Below, one piece after another: positions 53,239 through 64,000 of a stretch of DNA of 64,000 nucleotides (position 1 is the stretch's first letter; each line of letters opens with the position of its first letter). Source of the stretch: Octopus vulgaris (Eukaryota); contig OX597822.1 of the NCBI GenBank assembly GCA_951406725.2, positions 35,898,001-35,962,000 on the forward strand, in the 5' to 3' direction. The position numbers and the translations under genes are program-made. Under the pieces are notes generated by a model that saw only the letters and a list, made by a program, of their open reading frames with translations, searched no databases and had not been told where the DNA came from.

Positions 53239-53835
53239 CAGGAGCAAGCATATCTATGTGGTTAAGAAGATTGCTTTGCAACCATGTGGTTTTGGGTTCA
53301 GTCCTACTGTATGACACATGTGGCAAATGTCTACTGCTATAGCCCTAGGTCAGCCAATACCTAGTGAGTGAATTTTGTAGATGATAAATATGGAAACTCA
53401 TCATGTGTATCTGTCTTTGTATTCATGTTTGTTCTCTACCCACTATTGCTTGACAACCAGTGTCAATTTGTTTGCATCTCCACAACTTAGCAGTTTGGTA
53501 AAAGAAACCAATATAACAAGTACTAGACTTTAAAAAGAATTTAAGAAGTAGTAGGGTCAATTTGTTCAACTATATCCTTTGAAGGCAGTGCCCCAGCATG
53601 GCCACCATTCAATGACTAAAACCAGTAAAAGATTAAGTCAGTGGGGAAGGAATATCCATATTACCTTTTACCAGAGCTTTGAGAGGTAGGGAGGAACGTA
53701 TCCTCAAACAGGAGGCCTTGCCCAAACGTTCATAACAGCAGATTCTGCTAAATGTACCCTAGGGCCAGGTGTTAAACTGAGCAATAGATTATGTCCATCA
53801 CTTGTATGAAAATAAATGCATTTCAGCTTTTAGAC

Positions 53836-54817
53836 CAGTGATACTTCTACTTTTGTTTTTGGACCCCTTTGATTTGTATTTTACTCAGATGGACCCTCAG
53901 AGCCATTTCATCGTCATTATTTAGTGTCTGTTTTCCATGCTAGCCTTGGTTAGGCAGTTCAACTGGAACTGGTAAGCCAGAGAGCTTTACCAGGCTCCAG
54001 CCTGATTTGGCTTGGTTTCTATGGCTGGATGCCCTTCCTAATGCCAACCACTTCAAGAGTGTACTGGGTGCTTTTTATATGTCACTGGTATGAGTACCTT
54101 TTACGTGTCACTGTCACAGGTGCCTTTTATGTATCACTATCACAAGTGCCTTTTACTTGGACAGCACTGTCCAAGACTACAATTTCACTTGGCCTAATGA
54201 GTCTTCTCAAGTACAGTAAACTGCCAAAGGTCTCAATCATTTGTCATCATTTCTGTGAGAATCATTTGATGTTTAAAAAATCCTATTCTTTTATAATTAA
54301 ATATTATTTGGAATTGTTTTTTAAAAAAATTGTTAAAATATTTTGTGTATTGTAGAACTCTTTTACTTGTTTCAGTCATGTGACTGTAGGCATGCTGGAG
54401 CATCGCCTTTAGTCGAGCAAATCAACCCCAGGACTTATTCTTTGTAAGCCTAGTACTTATTCTATCAGTCTCTTTTGCTGAACCGCTAAGTTACAGGGAT
54501 GCAAACACACCAGCATCGGTTGTCAAGCGATGTTAGGGGGACAAACACAGACACACAAACATACACAGACACACATATATATATATATATATAGTTTCCA
54601 TCTACCAAATCCACTCACAAGGCTTTGGTCAGCCCAAGGCTATAGTAGAAGACACTTGTCCGAGGTGCCACACAGTGGGACTGAGCCTGGAACCATATGA
54701 TTCGTAAGCAAGCTACTTACCACACAGCCACTCCTAAGTATAAGTTATTTATTGTACATAACAAAATCTTATATGGACCCCACCAAGGTTCATACAGAGC
54801 CCACCTGAAAACCTCTG
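53836..54817 (+). mobile_element. hAT-type MITE with two nested SINEs (family C ~53909-54262, family A 54357-54735)
   Basis: ggacccctttgatt..ggaccctcagagccattt is homologous to the 36354 element; ends cagtg / ctctg; flanks ttttagac / ctttaaac. Confidence 0.65.
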
Positions 54818-55347
54818 CTTTAAACCAAAACACTAATTTAATATAAGTTACATCATCAACATCCTTTAACGTCCTTATTCCATGCTGGCATGGGTTAGAC
54901 TGCACATATCTATGACTTTGTAAAATTAAAGAGACATTAATTTTCTCAGCATAGATCAATACTTAGAGATTGTTTTAATTTAAAGCAGTTAAAAGATACA
55001 TCTGTCACTCCCTTCCTGTGACATGCATACTCATATAAATTTCCCACCACCCACTTCAAGAAATGTTGGTGTAGAATAAAGAAAGTAGGTGCAGTGCAAA
55101 GGTGGGGTAGGCAAAAAATACCTTTTACATACTTTTTTCATCACATCATGTAACCTATTTTAATGTTTGCATTTAGTTTTGTTTTTGTTTTTGTACATTT
55201 TATCAATTTTCAGTAATTGTTGTTTAGCCCCAAATCTGCTGTAATCAAATCTATATTCAAAGACATTCCAATAATGACCATCTATCCTTTTTTCAGACAT
55301 AATGTTTCTAGAATAGCATTATTAGGCCTTGTGCTTTTAGTAGAAAG

Positions 55348-55348
55348 G

Positions 55349-55380
<32 letters not shown>

Positions 55381-55503
55381 GATAATTATTACTATAATTA
55401 TTATTATTACTATAATTATTATTATTATTATTATTATTATTATCATCATCATTATTATTATCATCATCATTATTATTACTATTATTGTTACCTACTATAA
55501 TAA
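55348..55503. repeat. (ATT/ATC/ACT)n microsatellite, grown from a family B SINE tail
   Basis: Follows ggccttgtgcttttagtagaaagg. Confidence 0.92.
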
Positions 55504-56213
55504 TACTGTTGTGTCTTTCTCCGTTACAACATATCAATCGGAAAGGAAGAGGTGATAGATAAATAAGGAAGGGGTGATGGCAAACTTGGTAGTGAGATGA
55601 TGGAAGTTCTACAGTGAAAAGACAAATCAAACAGTGTTTCAACTCTGTGTGAGAATGTGTATGTGTGTGCGCGCACAATAGATGTGGGATGGTAAACCTT
55701 CAACAATGGAAAGAAAAATCAAATAGCATTTCAACTCTGTGTATTTGGTATTTACTTGCCAGCTCCCATATTTAGCCACAGCCAGCTTTATGTGGCCTTA
55801 GGTCATACGAGAAGGAAGGAAAACTTTAAAATTCTTTTGACAGAAACAAGCAGCCAAGGGATGTTAGTTGCAGATAGATTTTTCACAAAAAATTTGGTAA
55901 TAAAAGAATGATGAAACTAAAAACTTGGTTTGTACCTTATTTATATATGAAAACTACAATTAGCCGTCATTTTTGATAGCACAGGGCCAGCTAGTTATTA
56001 TAAGACAGCAAGCTGGCAGAATCATTAGCATGCTGGGCAAAATGCTTGGCAGCATATTGTCTGTCTTAACATTCTGAGTTCAAGTTCTGCCTAGGTTGAT
56101 TTTCAGGGTTGATAAATAAGTACCAGTTGCGCACAGGGGTCAATATAATTGATTTACCCCCCTCCCAGATCTTGCTGGCCATATGCTAAAAAATTGAAAT
56201 TATTATTATTATT

Positions 56214-56726
56214 GAGTGAGAGAGCAGTGCATACCATCAAAATGACACTGGGGTAAAATATACGAAGCCCAGTATACCCATCATGACTACCCGACTGATA
56301 AGAGTACACCAGGCACATGCATCACAACTATATGTGTGCAACATGGTGATCTCATATCAAGATTAACTGCAATTGACCTTGCAGGTGGGGCCCAGTTAAA
56401 ATTTTCTTCAGGTTGAGTAGCCCATCCCACTCAAAAGGTCCCTGAATAAAGGCTGTTTAAGGATGTTGAACGAAACACCCATGTTTCCAGAGGTGAATTA
56501 TTCAAACTCCAAAGAAAGAATTCCTCTCAACATATGGCTATGATGTTCCCCCACTACTTTGCTTGTGACCAGAGATGCCACTAAGGGACATGCTCAACTG
56601 GTCAAGGTCAAACAACTGACAAGCAAATCTGTGGTATTGAGCAGAATATTTGCTGCAGCCCACCTTTTATACCAAGACAAAACAATGTACATGATAACAC
56701 TTCCAATCAGTTAAGATGAGAAGCCA
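56214..56726 (-). mobile_element. Repeat family D
   Basis: Reverse complement of 32772-33356; abuts (att)n. Confidence 0.8.
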
Positions 56727-57266
56727 GTTGAATATTAGGGGTGATGTAATTGACTTATCCACTCCCACAAAATTGCAGGCCTATAGTAAAAACAATTGTT
56801 GTTGCTTCATCATCATCATCATCATTTAATGTCCACTTTCCATGCTGGCATGGGTTAAATAGTTTGACTGGGGTCTGGAAAGCCAGCAGCTGCACCAGGC
56901 TCCAATCTGATCTAGCAGTGTCTCTACAGCTGGATGCCCTTCCTAACGCCAACCACTCCAACAGTGTAGTGGGTGCTTTTTACATGCAACCGGCACAGGA
57001 GCCAGTCAGGCATCCCACATTTTTGGATGGTGCTTGTTGTTGGAAAAATAATATGCTTTGCTCTTTACATTATGAGTTCAAATTTCACCAGATCATCTTT
57101 TCCTTTTCTCCTTTTAGTATCAATGGAGTAGAGCACTAGTCAGGTACTGGGGTCAGTGCTATTGACTAATTCCTTCTACTGAAAATTGCTGACCTTGTTC
57201 CTTAATCAGAAACCATTGTTGTTGTGGATTATAGTTTTACTATTTCTCCAGTACTTGACATTATTA

Positions 57267-57505
57267 AGGCAGTAAACTGGCAGAATCATTAGCATACTGG
57301 GAGAAATGCTTAGCAGTATTTCATCTGTCGTTACATTCTGAGTTCAAATTCCACTGAGGTCGACTTTGCCTTTCACCCTTTCAGGGTCAATAAATTAAGT
57401 ACTGGTGAAACACTGGGGTTAATGTAATTGACTAGTCCCATCCCCACAAATTTCAGGCCTTGTGCCTATTGTAGAAAGGATTATTATCATTATTATTATT
57501 ATTTT
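57267..57505 (+). mobile_element. SINE family B with ATT tail
   Basis: aggcagtaaactggcagaatc..gaggtcgactttgcctttcaccctttcagggtc..gtagaaagg(att)n. Confidence 0.88.
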
Positions 57506-60500
57506 TAATTTTCATTTCCGTGTTTGTTACAATCCCTTGCCGAGACACCCCCAACGTCCTGGGGCAAGTGAAGGATAAGAGATGTTACAATTTGACAGTA
57601 AGTGGCAGAGGCAATTCAGCCAAGGTTGACTTTGCCTTTCGTCCTTTCATGGTCAATAAATTAAGTACCAGTGAAATACTGGGGTCGATGTAATCAACTA
57701 ATCCCTTCCCCCAAAAAAGTTTCAGGCCTTGTACCTTTACTAGCAAAGGTTGTTGTTGTTGTATTAATGCTATAGTTTTACAAAGGTACAAGGTTTCAAA
57801 TAAGGGAGATGACTATAGCTAACTAAATAGATCTCAGTACTCAGCTGGTACTTATCAGTCCCAGAAGGATTTGAATTCAGAGCTTACAGATAAACAATTA
57901 AACACTTTGTGACATTCTGTCCATTACTCTAACACTTCTGCTGACCCACTGCCCTTTTTATGAGAATATTTTCTATTGATTTACACTACCTGTGTGTGAA
58001 AGTAATTTATTCTCAGGTGATAGTTTAACTAGTTTATTTTTTTGCATTTAACTTATGTATGTTACATAATCCTTTATTCATTGTCGAGGCTTTCAAAGTT
58101 TTATTTGATTCAGTGTTCTGTTATTGAGTGTCTCTCAAAGGTTGGTTTAACCTTGTCACAACTGGTGGGAAAAACAAAAACAAAAAAAAAAACCATAACA
58201 AAAACCTATGTATCTGGGTTGTTTTTTTTAATGTATTGGAGCAACCCAAGCATGAATTGCTTGATTCAATTTATTGTTGGCTGGTTGAGGTCTTTCAGTC
58301 CTAACCCCTTTACAACAAAACTTGCTTTGCACTAGTTATCTAACTATGCAAGGGGATGTATGCATTTAACCCAGTTATGTCAAACCAGATGTAATGATGT
58401 GTAACTAATACCACTTCTATAAGTTGGCTGGTCTACCTCAAGAATGAGAGAAGGGCTAAAGCAAAGTAAAATAATAAATAAACCATTCTTCGACAAACTA
58501 AATTATTTTATGGTTTCTATTTTCTTTTACTATTGGTTTCAATCACTGAACTGTGATCTGTTAATTACGGTCTTTATGAATCATGTTGACCTCCCCTTCT
58601 CCAGTACTTTGTCTGGTATTTATATTGTTGACACTGAAAGAAGGAAAGGTAAAGTCAGTATAAATAGGATTTGAACTCAGAAAGAAAAGGCACATAATCA
58701 GATACCACAAGCAACATTTCCTCTAATTTTTCCTAATGACTAAAGGGAACTCGATAATTCGAGCAAAAATATTTTCTATTCAAAGCCAGTGTACTGCATT
58801 CAATGTTCCATGCAGCTTATGACGAACTCATTTATAAATTAAAATCTGCTGCAAAGATTTTCAATAAGCACAGCATCAGTCCAGCAACTACACAGCTTAG
58901 AGGCAATGTTGATAGCAAAGCATTTTGTCTGACTTTCTGATATCCTCCTGCAGAAACCATTAGAAAGTTGGACAAAATGTCTAGGGTTCCAAGTTCAGTG
59001 GCTGCCAAGCTCAGCTTTGCCTTCATCCTTTTCAGGGTCTATAAAGTACCATTCTAGGACAGTGGACTGGCAGAATCATTCGGGCATCAGACAGAATGCA
59101 TTGGGGCATTTGTTCTGGTTCTTTGTGTTCATCAACATCATCATCATTTAATGTCCATTTTCCATGCTGGCATGGGTTGTATGATTTGACAGGAGTTGGC
59201 AAGGTCAAGAGCCACACTGGGTTCCATAGTCTGTTTTAGCTTGGTTTTTACACCTGGATCTAGAATACCAGCCACCTTCACAAAATGTACTAGATGCTTT
59301 TTACATGACAGCAGCACCAGTGCTTTTTATGTGGCACCAAGTTCAAAATCCTTCCATGGCCTACTTAGGTGGTACACTTAATACATCACTCTGGTTTAAC
59401 ACTAGCTCTTAGGTGCTTTTAGCAGTCCAATTTATTGTAAACATTTGATCTAGGTGTCTTGTGAACAACTACCCCCCCCCCATCTATCTTGGAGGTTCTT
59501 GGAAGGGATCATAAGTGAGCACAACCTCCTTCCTGACTAAGGAACACATGCACACATGCTTCCATAGCCTCTGTCTACTAAATTTCACATATCAGGCATT
59601 AGTCCACCCAAGATAGTGGTAGAAGATATTTGCCCAATTTGCAGCAGAGTAGTTGAAATCACATGATTATCAATTAAACTCTTGACCACATGGCTGTGTT
59701 AAAGAAGCTTGCTTTGTAACCATGTGGTTTGAGGTTCAGTCTCACTCCATGGCACTTTGGGAAAGTGTCTTCTATTGTAGCCTCAGGCCAACCAGTGCTT
59801 TGTGAGTGAATATGCTAGATGGAAACTATGTGGAATCTTGTGTGCGTTTTTGCTTGTTTCAGTTGTGACTGTGACCATGCTGGAGCACTGCCTACTATTT
59901 CTACTGTAGCCCCATACCAGCCAATGCCTTGTAAGTCAATTTGTTTAGCAGCAACTGTGTAGAAGCCCATTGTATGTATCTATATGTGCATGAGTGTGTA
60001 TATGTGTGTGTGTTCCCCAATGCTTGATAACTAGTGTTGGTTTGTTTACATCCAGCAAAAGAGAACAATAGAATAAGTACCAGACTTAATAAATAAATAC
60101 TGGAATTGGCTTGTTTGGCTATATCCGTCTGTGCAGTGCCCCAGCATGGCCACTGTCCTACAACTGAAACACAAGTAAAAGATTCACCTCAGCACTCCAA
60201 TATATGCAAACACACACACCTTCAGCTTCTGCACAATTTCCCTCCACCAAATTCCACTGACAAATGCATTGGTCTCAAACCAAAGCCACAGTTAGTTGAA
60301 GACTCTTGCCTCTGGTGGGATTGAGTCCAGAACTACACAGTTGCAAAGCAGGCTTCATAACTGTGTCTGGGTAGGCTGTGTGGTGTGGTTGTAAGTGAAC
60401 TGAGAAAAGCAAAGAAAGAAATCTGCAAGATATCAGGAGATATAACTGAACTGATATGGATATGTGATGTGAATAGATAATATGTATGAGTAGTTGATGG

Positions 60501-61579
60501 AGGGAAGGAGGGTTGACAATGAATTAGTGCTGGAGGGGCACTCTAGATAAAAATAGACAGAGAGGAAAACGTGATAATGTTGTATTATCAGACATTAGTA
60601 AGTTAAGTCTTACAGCTTTAATCACTGCCTTTTGTTAAGTTAGTCCTCTTACATCTTTAATCAATGCTTCTTCTTACAGTATCTGTTGGCTTTTTTTGTT
60701 GTTGTTTTGATACGTTTTGCTATGTTTTGTTCTTTTTCTTTCAAACTGAAGTTTCTTTACTCCTTCTCTTTTCTTTGGTTTTTCTCCGTGTTTGTATTTG
60801 CAGTTGAATTCATTTGTTACCAGTTTATTTCAAATGAGCATGATAACTTTTTTTTTGTGTGTTAGTGCCACATAAAAAGCACCAGTACACTCTGTGTAGT
60901 GGTTGGCATTAGGAAGGGCATCTAACTGTAGAAACCAAGCCAAAATAGACTAATGAGCCAAGTGCTGACCCTGGGTCTTACCAGCTCCAGTCAAGCCATC
61001 CAACCCATGCCAGCATGGAAAACAGACATTAAATGTTGATGGTGATTTACTTACCCAAAAGATTAGATTGTATGCCCTACACAGAAGTTCACTTTAGTTG
61101 GTCTTTCAATCAGCTAGAAATAGTAGCTAAGTCTTACTCAAATCACAGCCATAGCTGTGTGGGTGAGAAGCATTCTTCACAACCCACTGTTTTGGGTTCA
61201 GTCCTACTGTACAGCACCTTGGATAAACATCTATTGTACTTCTGAACCGACCAATGCTTTACGTAGCACTGGCACATATTGTTGTTAGTTTCCATATAGG
61301 TTGCTCCTTAATCAGTTGTCAACAGGAAGTCACTATCCTTTCTGCAGTATCACTTTCTCCATTGGCGTCAAATACCATTGACGCTTCCAGAGAATATATT
61401 CTTGTTGCTTATTCATTTGGTGAAGTGCTTGAATTTTGTTTCTTGTCACATCCAACCCATGTCTACTTGGAAAGGTCGACATAAAAATTAAAATACAATG
61501 TTTATGTACATGTGTGTTCATTTGTTTTTGTTTTTTTATATATATATAAAACAATATATTTTTTTCTTTGTTTTTACAG

Positions 61580-61861
61580 ATTCATAACTGAAGCAGGGGA
61601 ACCCAATTATGTCTCCCTTGGACAGGGAGCCTAATGGAGATGGTATACCTCCTCTTGGTTATTTTTACCCTAGCAAGTGTATGCCAGCTCCAGCCAAGAC
61701 AACCAGAGAGCCAGCAGCAATATCACAACCAGTACTACCTGCAGTTGTCAGGAGAACAGAAGCAACGGCCACCGCAGGAGCAGACATTGTCACTGCTGCA
61801 GTCTAGTTTGCACATCCACTGCTTCACCACAGCAGCCATGCATGGCATAAAAGCATCTTAG
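61580..61861 (+). other. Candidate exon with strong acceptor carrying short ORFs (probable 5'UTR)
   Basis: ttttttctttgtttttacAG| at 61579; unique, GC-richer sequence with ATG ORFs at 61609-61806 and 61634-61861. Confidence 0.55.
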
Positions 61862-62302
61862 CACTACAATGATATTGAGCTGTTGCTTAGATGTCATTGT
61901 GGTCACTTTACTCCCATAGTGTGCCTTTTACATCCCCGCAAGTAAATATATAAATTTATGTATATATATAATACACATATATATATAAATATATGTATAT
62001 ATAAATATATGTGTAAAAATATATATTTCTATATATCTAAAAGAAATGCCTCTCTCTCTCTTTCTCTCTCTTACCCTATATAAATAAATATTTACGTATA
62101 TACTTATATATATTATATATATCTATATATGAAATAATCTCCATCCATCCATCCACACAATTACTTTCAGAGCATCCTTTCTTTACTTTTTTTTTCTTAT
62201 ACAAGGTTCATAATATTAATTTGGTAAGTCTAAGTCACAGTGTGTGTGTGTATGTATATGTGTATATATGTGTATGCATAATTGTCATTATCAACCGAAA
62301 AT

Positions 62303-62884
62303 ATGGCAAACTTACATCAGCATCATCAGCATTTACCATTTCCCCCTGAAACTAAAATCCCTTCCGATATCACCGGCACCCCAAATCTAGGCACCATTAC
62401 TGCTGCTACTACTACAATTACGACGACGACAACTACTACTGCTGCTATGTCAGTAGCAGCAACAACTGGTACCATATGTACAGCTGCAGCTGGTACTCTC
62501 AGCACAACTGCGACTACTGCCATTACAGCTCCTACTACTACTACTACTACTGTCACCAGTGGGAAACAGCAAACCTCTATTTTTCCTGTTGACCACAATT
62601 TTTATTCGGAACCACAAAACTGCTGGGACAGTATTGAACGGTTCAAAGAAATGCAGACAAATTTCAATGAGGCTGGTACCTGTTTGGTTGATGCATTTGC
62701 CAACTCACTCAAAAACACGACATACGAACACTTTAGCCATGACTGCAGCATGGTCCTTGGTGACATCTTTAACAATAATACTCTTCTTCTAACGCAAATT
62801 AACGAACTGGAAAGCCTGCTGGGCAGTCTGTTAACCAACATCAGTGTATTAAATAAAGATGAGTACCAAAATTCTCAAAACCAG
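62303..62884 (+). CDS. First coding exon (194 aa, phase 0) of an unidentified protein: His/Gln then Thr/Ala low-complexity N-terminus, followed by a predicted helical/coiled-coil segment
   Basis: ATG in aaaatATGg context; 582-nt stop-free unique sequence (NFYSEPQNCWDSIERF..LLTQINELESLLGSLL); ends at a perfect donor CAG|GTAAGT. Confidence 0.75.
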
Positions 62885-63119
62885 GTAAGTAACCGCAACA
62901 ATTTTATTCGTTTTTGTTTTATTGCTGTATTTTGCCATACTGGTGTGGGTTAGACAAATTGCATATTACCAAAGAATTTGTTTCATAACCGGATGTCTTT
63001 TCTGACGCTGGACAATTTGTTGACAGGAAATGTCACCAAAAATTTCTGTTTGTTTCTCAGTGTTCTTTTATGCCCTTTTTACAGACACACACATTCAACA
63101 TGCACATATTCACTCACAC

Positions 63120-63370
63120 ACATGCAATGGGAAATCACAGCCACCGTCATGTCTGAATGGAAGGAAGCAATTTGCAACGGAATGGAAGCCTACAAAAATG
63201 AAAGACATGAGTGAGCCAAGGGAGAAGTGTGTGTGGTAATGAGCTAATACAGCAGAGCGTTTCATCGTGCATCTAGTATGCAGCCACAGTTGCACATCTG
63301 ACTTTGGGCCTCAGATCTCGCATGAAAGTGCTAGGTTAGGCTTTATTGACCACAATAGTCGATTAACAAT
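63120..63370 (+). pseudogene. RTE/BovB-like LINE 3' remnant in intron
   Basis: WEITATVMSEWKEAICNGMEAYKNER resembles the RTE W..A..R..W...I..G...E motif; a degenerate finger follows. Confidence 0.45.
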
Positions 63371-63712
63371 ATACATGATGTAAAGACAATAAACATTACA
63401 AAGGACAGCAACAGAGAGAGGGCAAAATGTTATTAGTTGAATACTTCAATAGAGAGACAGTGTCCAAACGTTTTGGACTTCAGTTCTTCATCAAAAGAAA
63501 AGAGAAATTGTGAGAGAGGGGCGTGGGAATAGTGTATAAAAAGAAGAGGAAGGCAAATGGTTAGAAACCAAATGTTCTATGTGGGGAGAGGGAGTTAAGA
63601 AAGGAAGAAAAGGCAAGTTGTGTAGATGCATATATATCAGAATGTATCTGTGTCTGGAAGCAGATATACTGGTGGTGGGTAGATGCATGTGTTAGCGTGG
63701 TGTATGTATCTT

Positions 63713-64000
63713 TTATCTCTATCTCTTATTTGTTTCAGTCACAAGACTGCAGCCATGCTGGGGCATCGCCTTGAAGAATTTTTAGTCGAACAAATTGACC
63801 CCAATATTTCATTTTTTTAAAGCATGGTACTTACTCTGTCAATATCTTTTGCCAAACTGCTAAGTTGTAGGGGACGTACACACACCAACACTGGCTGTCA
63901 AATGATGGCAGGGGACAAGCACAGACACAAAGACACACACGCACACTCATAGAAATAAATATTTACAACAGGCTTCTTTCAGTTTCCATCTACCAAATCC
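63713..64000 (-). mobile_element. SINE family A (older), truncated by the window end
   Basis: Reverse tail tgtttcagtc..catgctggggca..gcttctttcagtttccatctaccaaatcc. Confidence 0.85.

Noticed and set aside
62978-63295. Possible second coding exon
   Set aside because: A phase-0 join at the best acceptor gives a short, stop-terminated frame; the peptide motifs fit an RTE LINE remnant.

Overview
AT-rich, repeat-dense eukaryotic (animal) DNA. The SINE/MITE families resemble those I recall from octopus genomes; this is an inference from repeat recognition, not a database match. Nearly all ORFs in the supplied track are spurious (microsatellites, SINE frames) or transposon remnants. The window looks like the 5' part of one large + strand host gene. 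It has a CpG-retaining promoter/5' zone (~1-13 kb), then a CpG-depleted, intron-like zone filled with SINEs, MITEs and LINE fragments. A candidate recursive splice site lies at 43662 and candidate 5'UTR exons at 52424-52665 and from 61580. A first convincing coding exon (62303-62884) encodes 194 aa of an unidentified protein. Mobile elements include three or four SINE families, Merlin-like MITEs with 8-bp TSDs, hAT, piggyBac and Tc1/mariner MITEs, a Helentron derivative with an AP-endonuclease remnant, and R4/Dong-type and RTE-type LINE fragments. The most unusual signals are: a 647-bp near-perfect palindrome whose arms carry a hammerhead-ribozyme-like fold; a second, decayed minimal hammerhead inside a TSD-bounded insert (both suggest Penelope-like elements); the zero-length-exon motif; and the uORF-rich leader. 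Repeat boundaries were read by eye and are approximate unless a TSD is quoted.
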